Shown: piece by piece, positions 41,081 to 50,362 of the stretch
How positions within the stretch are numbered: the first letter of the stretch is position 1
Layout of the letters: the number at the start of each line of letters is the position of its first letter
Assembly (NCBI GenBank): GCA_034669905.1
Contig: JAXMOL010000002.1
Location: 32,001 to 96,000 of the forward strand
Direction of reading: 5' to 3'
Source of the DNA: Candidatus Hydrogenedentota bacterium
Lineage (GTDB): Bacteria; Hydrogenedentota; Hydrogenedentia; Hydrogenedentales; JAEUWI01
DNA: 64,000 bases
Notes under the pieces: model-generated
Told to the model about the DNA's origin: nothing
The model's input: the letters and a program-made list of their open reading frames with translations, nothing else
The model's database searches: none
Program-made: the position numbers and the translations under genes

Positions 41081-41164
41081 ATGGAAGAGGTATCGCCCAG
41101 ACACCTGGCCCTACTCGCCGCCATCATCAGCATCACGTTGTTACACGCGTTGTTAACTTCATGA
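41081..41164 (+). CDS. Putative 27-aa single-TM peptide
   Basis: MEEVSPRHLALLAAIISITLLHALLTS; GAAGGA upstream; its stop overlaps the next ATG (ATGA). Confidence 0.45.
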   Translation: MEEVSPRHLALLAAIISITLLHALLTS

Positions 41165-41394
41165 GCGCAGCCCCGTCGGAAACCCGCCACGGACGCTGGT
41201 ATTTCTGGCCCGTGCGCGCACTCTGGCACGTGGTGTCCGCCATGGAGACTCGGCTCGGCATCGTGCGCAGCCTGCTCATCGGTGCCGGCCTCATGCTTTT
41301 GGGCCTCGTCTTCTGCCTGACCTTTGTGGGCATCCTTATTGGAATACCCACCGGAATGCTCGGGCTTTTTCTCGTATTACGCGCCCTCTACTAG
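41161..41394 (+). CDS. Small hydrophobic hairpin membrane protein
   Basis: 77 aa with a long hydrophobic C-terminal half (CLTFVGILIGIP); last gene of the psp run. Confidence 0.65.
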   Translation: MSAAPSETRHGRWYFWPVRALWHVVSAMETRLGIVRSLLIGAGLMLLGLVFCLTFVGILIGIPTGMLGLFLVLRALY

Positions 41395-41457
41395 TGGTGC
41401 GAATTAGAATTCCAGACATTTACGTTCGCTTGAACCCGTGAGGAAATTGGTAATGAA

Positions 41458-41557
41458 TTCCCCTCCTGGGAGGGTCGCAGATGCGCCGTGGCGGATTAGG
41501 GGTGGGTTGGGTCTTCTTTCGGGCATTGACCCACCCCCGGCCCCTCCAAGGAGGGGA
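41458..41557. repeat. REP-like nested palindrome
   Basis: ttcccctcctgggaggg...ggggtgggtt...gacccacccc...cccctccaaggagggga. Confidence 0.7.
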
Positions 41558-42082
41558 GCAATCCTCCGTAACTAAGGTAATTCAGGTTGCCGTAATAGTG
41601 GCCCAGCTGCTTGAATCAAACTACTAGCTTTTGATTACCGCGCTCTCGGCAGGGCGGCCCACCTCCCTCGGGCCGGCCCTGCTCCTTCCCAATCCGCGTC
41701 GTCTTCGCCTGGACGGCGCGGATTACTTTTTTGGGGGAAGCCGAGGTCAATTACCTTTTGGAGTTCCGCCCAGTATCGCGGACCAATTGCTCGGTCGTGC
41801 CGCGCGATCCGGTACTCCGGTTCGTGCCTAAACTCATCCCCTACGCGCATATTCGCTACCGGCCTCGATGGTATGCAGGCGTCACGCGCACGGACTTCAT
41901 CGAACGCGCTCAGGCTCATGTGCCGAAGATCGCGCGGCACGGCCAGGACGTCTCTTTTCACGGTCGTACGGCAATTCTATTTCCGCGAAATCGAATCCTA
42001 TCGCCCAGATTCCCCACCCCAAACCCCATTGACTGTTTTACAGTTTTATGGCATCATGGCAATGAAGGAGCTGTGATTCCCT

Positions 42083-43186
42083 ATGAAATTTCTCGCGTTC
42101 TTGGGCAAAAGCGCCCTTGCCACCACCGCCGTCGCGGCTGGGCTCGGTACAGGAAACTGGGTCAATGAGCAGGTACACACCCCCCAGACCCACCTGTCCA
42201 CCGCCCACATGGAAGAAGACACACCGGAGAGCCCCCTGGGCGAACCCGCTTCGGCTGAGTCCCTCTTTCACTACCAGTTTATCCCGGGCGAGACCCTCTA
42301 CTATGCCCTGGATGCCACCGTGGGCGGCTCCGGCATCGAATCCCTCACGGGGCCCGGCAGTGTGGCCATGGAATTCACCAGCGACATGCACGTGCACACC
42401 GAGAGCATCGACCTGCTGGGCAACGGGACCATCGAAATCGCCTTTGACCAGGTGCAGATGAACGGCAGCTTCATGGATGCCCCCGTCAACCTGACCCACT
42501 CCATGGCCGGCACGGAATTCAGCCACGGCAACGACTCCCTGAGCACCGCCCAGGGCGATTCCACGGCGGGCATCCCCCAACTCGACTTTTTCAACACGCC
42601 CACCCGCGCCCTGGTTTCCCCGGCCGGAGAGGTGCTGCAGGTCTATGGCGCCCCTGGCATGGACCAGCTCCTGTCGCCCCAGGAAATTGTTACCAGTGTG
42701 GAATTCCCTGCGGGGGACCTGGACGCCGGTGCCCAATGGACCTCCGACTTCGCCATGCCCGTGCCGGGGCTGGGCGCTGGGGTGGCCTCCACGGCGACCA
42801 ATGTACTGGAGGGCTTCCAGCTCTTTCGCGGGCGCTATTGCGGTGTGGTGCGCCAGACCATCCTTTCGAGCCAGGAAGACGGCACCCTAGCCTCTCCCGA
42901 GAGCGCCCTGGGCGAAGAGATGAACTTCAGCCTGCCCGAGTTCAAGTTGCGGGGGGAAAACCTCATCTACTTCGATGTGGACAATGGGCAGCTGGTCCAG
43001 GCCGAGATGAACCTCGATTTCACCATGCGCATCGGCGACCAACTCAAGCCCATGGCCGACATGATGAACCTTTACGGCAAGCTGCTCAACGAAATCGAGG
43101 GCAACGCCCCCGGCGAATCAGACGGCGAGGACCTCCTGGACCTCGGCATCAACATTCAGGCCACCCTGGCCCTCCTGACGGAATAG
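42083..43186 (+). CDS. Hypothetical exported or membrane-anchored acidic beta-rich protein
   Basis: 367-aa ORF with genome-typical codons, an N-terminal hydrophobic stretch and SD AAGGAG. Confidence 0.75.
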   Translation: MKFLAFLGKSALATTAVAAGLGTGNWVNEQVHTPQTHLSTAHMEEDTPESPLGEPASAESLFHYQFIPGETLYYALDATVGGSGIESLTGPGSVAMEFTSDMHVHTESIDLLGNGTIEIAFDQVQMNGSFMDAPVNLTHSMAGTEFSHGNDSLSTAQGDSTAGIPQLDFFNTPTRALVSPAGEVLQVYGAPGMDQLLSPQEIVTSVEFPAGDLDAGAQWTSDFAMPVPGLGAGVASTATNVLEGFQLFRGRYCGVVRQTILSSQEDGTLASPESALGEEMNFSLPEFKLRGENLIYFDVDNGQLVQAEMNLDFTMRIGDQLKPMADMMNLYGKLLNEIEGNAPGESDGEDLLDLGINIQATLALLTE

Positions 43187-43461
43187 TGGCGTAACTCCCG
43201 CAGCTGGAACACGCCCCCGAAAGGGAGGCAGCACCCCAGAATCCCGGACGTTCCTGCCCACGGCAGGGCCCGCCCGCAGACCAAAGGGCACGACAACGGG
43301 AAAATTGGAGAGAGGCGCAACCAAGGGCACGCCCCATGGAGGCGACCATGGCCCCCTTGTATGGACGGGCTTCCCTGCTCCCCGACCCGGCCTGCGATAT
43401 CGATGACGGGGGCGACCCGGCAAGGAAACAAATACGGCCCGCATTTTCCCGGGTCAGTTTA

Positions 43462-43491
43462 TTGACACAAAACACTGCCATAGGCTACAAT
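43462..43491 (+). promoter_or_regulatory. Sigma70 promoter of the tRNA pair
   Basis: TTGACA-18 nt-TACAAT, about 20 nt upstream of tRNA-Gln. Confidence 0.75.
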
Positions 43492-43510
43492 CTTTGCCTA
43501 CTACCTCTGC

Positions 43511-43586
43511 AGCCGTATAGCCAAATTGGTAAGGCACCAGATTCTGATTCTGGGTATTCTAGGTTCGAGTCCTAGTACGGCTGCCA
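43511..43586 (+). tRNA. tRNA-Gln(CTG)
   Basis: Acceptor stem AGCCGTA/TACGGCT; anticodon arm ccaga-ttCTGat-tctgg; T-arm ctagg-TTCGAGT-cctag; encoded CCA. Confidence 0.95.
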
Positions 43587-43629
43587 TTTTCAAATTTAAC
43601 GGTGTTCAGCCGTTTTTGCCACTTTCGGT

Positions 43630-43704
43630 GGCCCGTTCATCTAGGGGTTAGGATGCGGGATTCTCAGTCCCGTCACAGGGGTTCAAATCCCCTACGGGCT
43701 ACCA
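43630..43704 (+). tRNA. tRNA-Glu(CTC)
   Basis: Acceptor stem GGCCCGT/ACGGGCT; anticodon arm cggga-ttCTCag-tcccg; T-arm agggg-TTCAAAT-cccct; encoded CCA. Confidence 0.95.
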
Positions 43705-44183
43705 TTTTTTAAGTCACCACATATCAACGACTTACAATACGTGCAGACAAGACACCGCCAACGGAAACCCCTTCCGAGGCGCTGACAATCTGCCCTGCTT
43801 ATGCGCTGGATGACCTGTTTTCCCGGCGTATTTCCAGAGGGCAGCGAATATATACGAAAAAGGCCAGGAAGCAGCACACGCTGCTACCTGGCCTTTTGAT
43901 AATCTGTGTATGCGTCAGCCGGGGCTGATGCGAATCGTCGCGCCCTTGAAGCCTTCAAGTGCCCAGTACTTCCAACACCTTCCGTAGCAACCCCGCACCA
44001 TAACGCTATATCGGAGAGTCCGACCGACTTTCCACCAAGCCTATCGGAAATTACGCAATATAAGGTGTATGTTGCAGTATGTCGTCATCGACGATGCGAT
44101 ATATCCATTGTGCCGACGGGCGGCGCCGATATACCCACACGATACACGGATTAAACTGACAACGGTATTGCGCGAACTCGAAA

Positions 44184-44384
44184 CTAGGCCGAACGCACTT
44201 CTTTGGCTTCGGGTCCCTTGCGGCCCTGTCCTACTTCGTAGGAGACCTTCTGGCCTTCCGAAAGAATACCTTCGGAGGGATCCACATTGGAAATGTGGAT
44301 GAACACGTCATCACCACCTTCGTCCGGGGTGATAAATCCAAAACCTTTTGCTTCATTGAAGAATTTGACGGTACCTGTGGGCAT
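44184..44384 (-). CDS. Cold-shock protein (CspA family)
   Basis: 66 aa: [18 protein letters not shown]...DVFIHIS...GRKGPEA (RNP1/RNP2 motifs). Confidence 0.95.
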   Translation of the reverse strand: MPTGTVKFFNEAKGFGFITPDEGGDDVFIHISNVDPSEGILSEGQKVSYEVGQGRKGPEAKEVRSA

Positions 44385-44644
44385 TTTCTGTTCCTTTGTA
44401 CTCTTGTGTTTGTAACCTTGAACCATAGTCAGTGAGGTGGTGGAACCTGTCCACTGACCCGTTGGATAAATAGTGTAGCAACAATCCTCCTGGGTTGCCA
44501 GCATAATAATTCCTGAACATTCCCCCCCCTGCTCCCCGCGGGAACCCCCGCGTGTGGCTTGCATCCCGCGACACCGTCCAGTATGGTTTAGCCCGACCCC
44601 ATAACCGGACCCTATCCCCTTACTGTGAGCTACGATACGCGCCC

Positions 44645-45427
44645 ATGACTGCCACTGAAGCCGCCAGACCCCGCGAAGCGCGCCGGGTCATCATCGTCCT
44701 TCCCACCTATAACGAAGCGGGGGGCCTCGGACGTCTCCTGGAGCGAATCGATGAGGCCATGTTTGATGCGGGACAGCGGTACGAAGTCATCGTGGTGGAT
44801 GATGGCAGCACCGACACCACGCGGAGCATTGCGGAAGATTACGCCACGCGCTACCCCATCTCCCTGGAGCGCCACGCCGAAAACCAGGGACTGGGCGCCA
44901 CCATCCGCGATGGCATCGTCGCCGCCGCGAAACGGGCCGGTGACCGGGACATTATCGTGACGATGGATGCGGACGACACCCACACGCCAGGGCTCATTCT
45001 CCGCATGGTGCGGATGATCCAGGAAGGCCACGATGTGGTCATTGCCTCGCGCTATCAGCCAGGGGCCCAGGTGCGCGGCCTTTCTTTCGCACGCCGCTGC
45101 ATCAGCTATGTCGCGTCCATCGTCTTTCGGGTGCTCCTGCCCATACCCGGGGTGAAAGATTTTACCTGCGGCTTCCGGGCCTATCGGGGACAGGTCATCC
45201 GCGAAGCGCTGGAGGAATATGGCGACGACTTTGTGGATCAGGAAGGCTTCCAATGCATGGTGGACATCCTCCTCAAGCTGCGCCACCTCAATCTTCTCTT
45301 TGGCGAGGTCCCCCTCGTGCTCCGCTATGACTACAAAGAAGGCAGCAGCAAGATGAATGTGACCAAGACGATTCGCAACACCCTGGCCCTCATCGTGCGC
45401 CGCCGCTTTCTGGGAAATCGCGGATGA
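44645..45427 (+). CDS. Polyprenol-phosphate glycosyltransferase (GT2, DPM1-like)
   Basis: [36 protein letters not shown] and GSSKM motifs. Confidence 0.88.
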   Translation: MTATEAARPREARRVIIVLPTYNEAGGLGRLLERIDEAMFDAGQRYEVIVVDDGSTDTTRSIAEDYATRYPISLERHAENQGLGATIRDGIVAAAKRAGDRDIIVTMDADDTHTPGLILRMVRMIQEGHDVVIASRYQPGAQVRGLSFARRCISYVASIVFRVLLPIPGVKDFTCGFRAYRGQVIREALEEYGDDFVDQEGFQCMVDILLKLRHLNLLFGEVPLVLRYDYKEGSSKMNVTKTIRNTLALIVRRRFLGNRG

Positions 45428-46116
45428 CGGCACCGGAACACAACGTCTGGGATCAGGGACGCTGGGCAGGGGTCGAGGTGGTCGACATCGATTTCATGAC
45501 CCGCTACATCATTGAGCGGCTGACAGGACAGCGGGACCTCACCGGAAAACACCTGTTGGAGTTGGGCGCGGGCACGGGGCGGCTGAGCTATCTGTTGCTT
45601 CAGGCGGGCGCGGCCTCGGTCACCCTGGTGGACAACTCGCGGAAGGCCCTGGAACTGTCAACCCAACTTTTTCAAGACGTGGCACCAGAACGCTTCGACA
45701 TTGTGGACGCGGATGTCTTCGACTTCGAAGCCACGAAGCCCATCGATGTCGTCTTTTCGTCGGGACTTATCGAACATTTCCAGGATGGCCCGCGCCAACA
45801 GATTGTCGACGTCCACCTTCGACACGCCCGGGAAGACGTGCTCCTGCTTCACCCCTCTAACCGGTTGTACAACCGCCTATTTGATGTGACGCCCATGGCG
45901 AAAAAGCGCTATGGCTTTGCCCGCACCTTTTCAGGAGCGGAATTGGACAAACGTATTCGCGTGACCCGGCCAGAGGCCACGATTCACCACAAACGTTTCC
46001 ACCTGGCCTACACCATGCCCCTCCTCCACAATTGGGAAGCCCTCAATCGGGCGGTGACCGACACGGCTATCGAGCGTGCCTGGGGCGGCCTGTGTTTGAC
46101 CCATGTGGAGCTCTAG
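45424..46116 (+). CDS. Class I SAM-dependent methyltransferase
   Basis: LLELGAGTG and DVVFSSGLIEHF motifs; ATGA overlap with the GT2 gene. Confidence 0.85.
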   Translation: MTAPEHNVWDQGRWAGVEVVDIDFMTRYIIERLTGQRDLTGKHLLELGAGTGRLSYLLLQAGAASVTLVDNSRKALELSTQLFQDVAPERFDIVDADVFDFEATKPIDVVFSSGLIEHFQDGPRQQIVDVHLRHAREDVLLLHPSNRLYNRLFDVTPMAKKRYGFARTFSGAELDKRIRVTRPEATIHHKRFHLAYTMPLLHNWEALNRAVTDTAIERAWGGLCLTHVEL

Positions 46117-46123
46117 GCGTGCC

Positions 46124-48154
46124 ATGACGCCACCGCCCGAAAAGACCCTCCAGCCCTTTCGTCCGCCCCGCTGGGCCTGGGCGCTCATCATCGGATTGGG
46201 CCTCATCGATCCCCTGTCTCACGTGCTGATTCAGGCTGCTCCCCCGGCAGGCACGGTGCCCACCCAGGGCCATGTGGTCGATACCTTCAACTACCTCACG
46301 GCCATGGAGTACGCCCACCCGCCGTGGTACTCGCCCTATAACCTGTGCGACAGCCCCTATGCCGAAGGGGACCCCACGCTGTATGCCATCCCCCACCACC
46401 ACCTTTTCGGCGCCATCGGAAGCGTCGGTACCTGGCTCCACATTCCGCCCTTTTACATGATGTCCCTCGCCAACGGCCTGGGACTGGCATTCTACCTCTT
46501 CGCGGTCTACGCCTTTCTGGTTTCTGCCGTCCCCCACCTCGCCCACCGGGCCTTCGTGCTGTTTTGTCTGGGCGGCGGACTCGGCGGCTTGCTCTATGTG
46601 TTGACGGGCCCCTTTGGGGTGCACACCCATCCCCAGTTTGGCGAATATTTTCTGCGCTACTTTCTCTATGAACTCAGCGAAGGCCCCCGCTTCCAACCCT
46701 GGCTCATGGCCGCCCGACTCTACTACACCCTCGCCTTCGGATTTGGCTTCCTCGCATTGACGGCCCTGTGGCACGCCATGGCAAAGGATAAGAAGGGGCT
46801 GCTGGTGTTGGCCGCCGTGCTCTTTGCCTGCACGACCCTGGCCAACTTCCGCGTGGGCCCCATGCTGTGGGGTGCCGCTGCGATCATTGTTTTCTGTCGC
46901 GCAGAATGGCCCTGGATACGGCGCATCGGCTGGACGGCTGCGCTCCTCAGTGGCGTCACGGTCGGGGGAGCTATCGCCATTGCCATGGTTTCCCGCAACC
47001 CGGAATTGCTGGAGACCGTCGCCCGGAGTGCCCGCCTCGCCCTCTGGTTTTCCCCCTTCGTGAGTGCCACCTTTTTTTACTGGGTTCTCATCCCGGGCAC
47101 TGTGCTCCGCGCGGTTAACCAGGCCCCCCAATGGCTCCGCTTTGCAGGATGGAGCGCCGTGGGTTATATCAGCGCCTACGCCGTGCTCTATGGCCTCTAC
47201 CAGACCTATTACGGAAACTTTCTGCGCACCGGTGAGTTTCAGGTGGCTGTGACGATGACCGACTACGCCCTGCTCCTCGGCGTGCCGCTGGGGTGTATTG
47301 TCGCGTGGTGGAAAGGCCCCCATGGAGATGCTTCAAGCAGCAAGGCCCATGCCCCGTCCGCAACTCCTATCGAACAACTGGGAGCGCAGGCGGCCCGCCT
47401 GCACTGTAGCGCAGACCAATCGGAGGTCGCTGCGGAAGTGCCAAACAGCGTCATGACGCTGCCCCCCGCTGCCGCCCCACCCTGGGCCGCACTCTGGCTC
47501 CTCGCCTTCTTCGCCCTTTCCTTCTCCGCCTGGGGACAAGGCTGGTTTCTCAAGTACACCCCCGACCGCTTTATTATTGTTATTGGGGTGCCCCTCGCCA
47601 TCCTCGGTGCCGCGGCAATTCAGCGGGGGCTGGGCTGTTGCCCCCGAATCTTCCGCGGCCTACAGGGCTGCATCATCGGCTGCGGCGTGCTCTCCATCCT
47701 CGTCACCTGGCTCGTGAGCTATGGCCCCCTGGGATACCACAGCCTCCAGCAACACTACAGTTGGACGCGCAACGCTTTCATGAATCAGGCCGACGCCGAC
47801 ACATTGGCCCACCTCGAGGACGGTGTCGTGCTGGCCCCCTCGCTGGGTGCGCCCCTCATGGGTGACCTCGCCGTCATGCGGGGCAATGCCACTGTCCATG
47901 GGATCGGTAGCGTGGACTACACCCGCCACATTGCCAACGACGTGCGCGCCCAGGTGGCCGACTTCTACCACCCCGACACGCCCAATGCGCTGCGCCGGGA
48001 ATGGGTGGAAAAATGGTGCGTGCGCTACGTCTATTGCCCCGACACCGACCCGGTAGACCCGGCGACGGTGGCGCAGCTGCGGGCGTCTGAATGGCTGGTG
48101 GAAGTGGCCACGAATGGAGATGCCGTGTTGTTTGCGGTGCGTGGAGAGGACTAA
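46124..48154 (+). CDS. Multi-pass membrane protein (possible GT-C fold transferase)
   Basis: More than 10 hydrophobic segments; Asp in the first loop (VDTFNY); soluble C-terminal domain (WCVRYVY). Confidence 0.6.
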   Translation: MTPPPEKTLQPFRPPRWAWALIIGLGLIDPLSHVLIQAAPPAGTVPTQGHVVDTFNYLTAMEYAHPPWYSPYNLCDSPYAEGDPTLYAIPHHHLFGAIGSVGTWLHIPPFYMMSLANGLGLAFYLFAVYAFLVSAVPHLAHRAFVLFCLGGGLGGLLYVLTGPFGVHTHPQFGEYFLRYFLYELSEGPRFQPWLMAARLYYTLAFGFGFLALTALWHAMAKDKKGLLVLAAVLFACTTLANFRVGPMLWGAAAIIVFCRAEWPWIRRIGWTAALLSGVTVGGAIAIAMVSRNPELLETVARSARLALWFSPFVSATFFYWVLIPGTVLRAVNQAPQWLRFAGWSAVGYISAYAVLYGLYQTYYGNFLRTGEFQVAVTMTDYALLLGVPLGCIVAWWKGPHGDASSSKAHAPSATPIEQLGAQAARLHCSADQSEVAAEVPNSVMTLPPAAAPPWAALWLLAFFALSFSAWGQGWFLKYTPDRFIIVIGVPLAILGAAAIQRGLGCCPRIFRGLQGCIIGCGVLSILVTWLVSYGPLGYHSLQQHYSWTRNAFMNQADADTLAHLEDGVVLAPSLGAPLMGDLAVMRGNATVHGIGSVDYTRHIANDVRAQVADFYHPDTPNALRREWVEKWCVRYVYCPDTDPVDPATVAQLRASEWLVEVATNGDAVLFAVRGED

Positions 48155-48248
48155 GAATAGCTGCGGGTGCTACGGACAAGGCGCGTTGGTGCCTTGCCCG
48201 TGCTTAAATCGAAATACCACTTCGCAAACGACAGGCGGGCGGCATGAA

Positions 48249-48769
48249 TCAGGGACTGCCTCGCCACACGTCGATACGTATTCTTCTCGACGACTGTGCG
48301 AACACCATTGCTTGAAGCACCCACAAGAACGAAGACGGCGGGGGCTGTCCCGTCGTTGGTAAAGCTGACCCCTAGCCTACCTCGCAAATGACGGGACATT
48401 CCTACTCAGGGACTGCCTCGCCACACGTCGATGCGTATTCTTCTCGACGGCTGTGCGAACACCATTGCTTGAAGCACCCACAAGCACGAAGACGGCGGGG
48501 GCTGTCCCGTCGTTGGTAAAGCTGACCCCGAGCCTACCCCGCAAACGACTGGACATTCACGCCCGTTAGAGACATCTTCCCCGGCCACAACACACGAACG
48601 GTCCCAAGGCGCCTACACCACCAAACGCCTTCGGGGGCGAGCCTGTCCCTACTCAGGGACTGCCTCGCCACACGTCGATGCGTATTCTTCTCGACGGCTG
48701 TGCGAACACCATTGATTGAAGCACCCACAAGAACGAAGACGGCGGTGGCTGTCCCGTCGTTGGCAAAGC
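48249..48769. repeat. Three direct copies of a ~120-155-bp structured unit
   Basis: Copies begin tcagggactgcctcgccacacgtcgat at 48249, 48406 and 48653 and are near-identical over ~117 bp. Confidence 0.95.
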
Positions 48770-48802
48770 GGGCCTCTCTTTGTGGTTAAAAAAGGTGCCC
48801 GT

Positions 48803-50074
48803 CTACCCCCGCGAATACACGGTCTTTCCGTCGCAAATCGTGTGCTTCACCAGGCCCTTGAGCGTCTCGCCAATAAACGGTGAGTTCTTACTGCGGGAAC
48901 CAAACTCCGACTCCTGCACTTCCCATTCTGCCTTGGGGTCAAAGATGCAGATGTCTGCTGCGCCGCCTTCTTTCAGTTCACCCACGCCCAAATCGCACAG
49001 GCGGGACCCGGCGATGGTCATGAGTTCAATGGCCCGCTCAAGGGTGATGTGTCCCGGCTCCACGAGATCGGTAATGACCCGCGCCAGCGAAGTTTCCAGC
49101 CCGATGATACCGAAGGGGGCATCGGCGAATTCGACCGACTTTTCCGTCGCCGTGTGGGGCGCATGGTCGGTGGCGATGCAATCCACCGTGCCGTCTTTAA
49201 TGCCTTCAATGATGCCGTCGCAATCCACTTGTTCGCGGAGGGGCGGATTCATCTTGGCGTTGCTATTAAAATCGCGAACAGCCTCGTCGGTGAGGGACCA
49301 GTGGTGGGGCGCGGCCTCGCAGGTCACCTTGACGCCTTTTTTCTTATAGCGCCGAATGATGTCGATGCCTTCGGCGGTGGTCACGTGCTGGATGTGGATG
49401 TGGGCCCCAGTGAGCCAGGCCAACCGCGTATTACGGGCGATGGCGATTTCTTCGCAGGCCTTCGGGATACCGGGAATGCCGAGGGTCGTGGCCGTGTAGC
49501 CTTCGTTCATGGCACCACCACCGGAAAGGTCGTGGTCTTCGCAGTGGGCCATATAGGGCAGGTCCACCATCTTCGCGTACTCCAACACCCGACGCATCAC
49601 GTTGCTGTTGGGGATATCCTTGCCATCATCCGTCACCGCCACGGCACCCACATCTTTCAACTCGGCCATCTCGGTGATTTCTTTGCCCATCATGCCTTTG
49701 GTGGCACAGGCCGCAGGGCGGATTTTGATGCAGGCCGTCTCCCGGGCGCGCCGGTTCACGAACTCAACCATGCCCGCGTTGTCGATCACGGGGTTGGTGT
49801 TGGCCATGGGTACGACCGTGGTGAATCCCCCCCGGGCCGCCGCGCGACTCCCGGTTTCGATGGTCTCTTTCGACTCAAAGCCCGGCTCGCGAAAGTGGAC
49901 GTGAATGTCAACCAGGCCGGGGCAAACTACGCAGCCCGTCGCGTCGATCGTGTCATCGCCGCTCAGGTCTTTTCCAATTGTGACGATGGTGTCGCCGTCG
50001 AAAAGGACATCCAATTTTTCAGACACGCCGCTGGCGGGGTCGATTACGTGGCCATTCTTGATTACGGTGCTCAT
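48803..50074 (-). CDS. pyrC: Dihydroorotase
   Basis: DIHVHFREPG, MANT, HCED, KMNPPLR and IATDHAPH motifs. Confidence 0.95.
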   Translation of the reverse strand: MSTVIKNGHVIDPASGVSEKLDVLFDGDTIVTIGKDLSGDDTIDATGCVVCPGLVDIHVHFREPGFESKETIETGSRAAARGGFTTVVPMANTNPVIDNAGMVEFVNRRARETACIKIRPAACATKGMMGKEITEMAELKDVGAVAVTDDGKDIPNSNVMRRVLEYAKMVDLPYMAHCEDHDLSGGGAMNEGYTATTLGIPGIPKACEEIAIARNTRLAWLTGAHIHIQHVTTAEGIDIIRRYKKKGVKVTCEAAPHHWSLTDEAVRDFNSNAKMNPPLREQVDCDGIIEGIKDGTVDCIATDHAPHTATEKSVEFADAPFGIIGLETSLARVITDLVEPGHITLERAIELMTIAGSRLCDLGVGELKEGGAADICIFDPKAEWEVQESEFGSRSKNSPFIGETLKGLVKHTICDGKTVYSRG

Positions 50075-50150
50075 GATGATTCCTTGTAGCTGCAGCGCGG
50101 ATGCGCTATGCATCAATACGCGCGGTGTCGGGTATGGCGTTTATTTCTTA

Positions 50151-50323
50151 ACCACAAAGAACTCAAAGCGCACAAAGACGAGCGGTCGGAGGCTTTGATT
50201 GTGCCTAATGGTCGTGCTGAAACTATTCCGCAGGAGCGGAATGGTATGCATCGCTACGGAGGACCGTAGCGACGAGTGACTCGTTTTTATATCTGTTTTT
50301 GAGCTCTTTGCGTTCTTCGTGGT
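50151..50323. repeat. Inverted-repeat element (28-bp imperfect arms) enclosing copy 2 of the 49-bp repeat
   Basis: Left arm accacaaagaactcaaagcgcacaaaga; reverse complement of the right arm accacgaagaacgcaaagagctcaaaaa. Confidence 0.75.
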
Positions 50324-50362
50324 CATGACATGCCTCACACGGCACGCATTCCGGGAAGCAAT

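Noticed and set aside
41635..41961. 108-aa minus-strand ORF and overlapping 145-aa plus-strand ORF
   Set aside because: No motif or clear SD; I cannot decide whether either is real.
43921..44180. tmRNA suggested by GGGGCTGA
   Set aside because: No GGATTCGAC after it and no tRNA-like 3' end.
43705..48154. Prophage or genomic island at the tRNAs
   Set aside because: No integrase, phage genes or duplicated tRNA end in the window.
48249..48769. CRISPR array
   Set aside because: Units exceed 115 bp, spacing is irregular, there are no unique uniform spacers, and no cas genes are present.
50141..50338. 65-aa ORF between pyrB and pyrC
   Set aside because: It is a translation of the inverted-repeat element.
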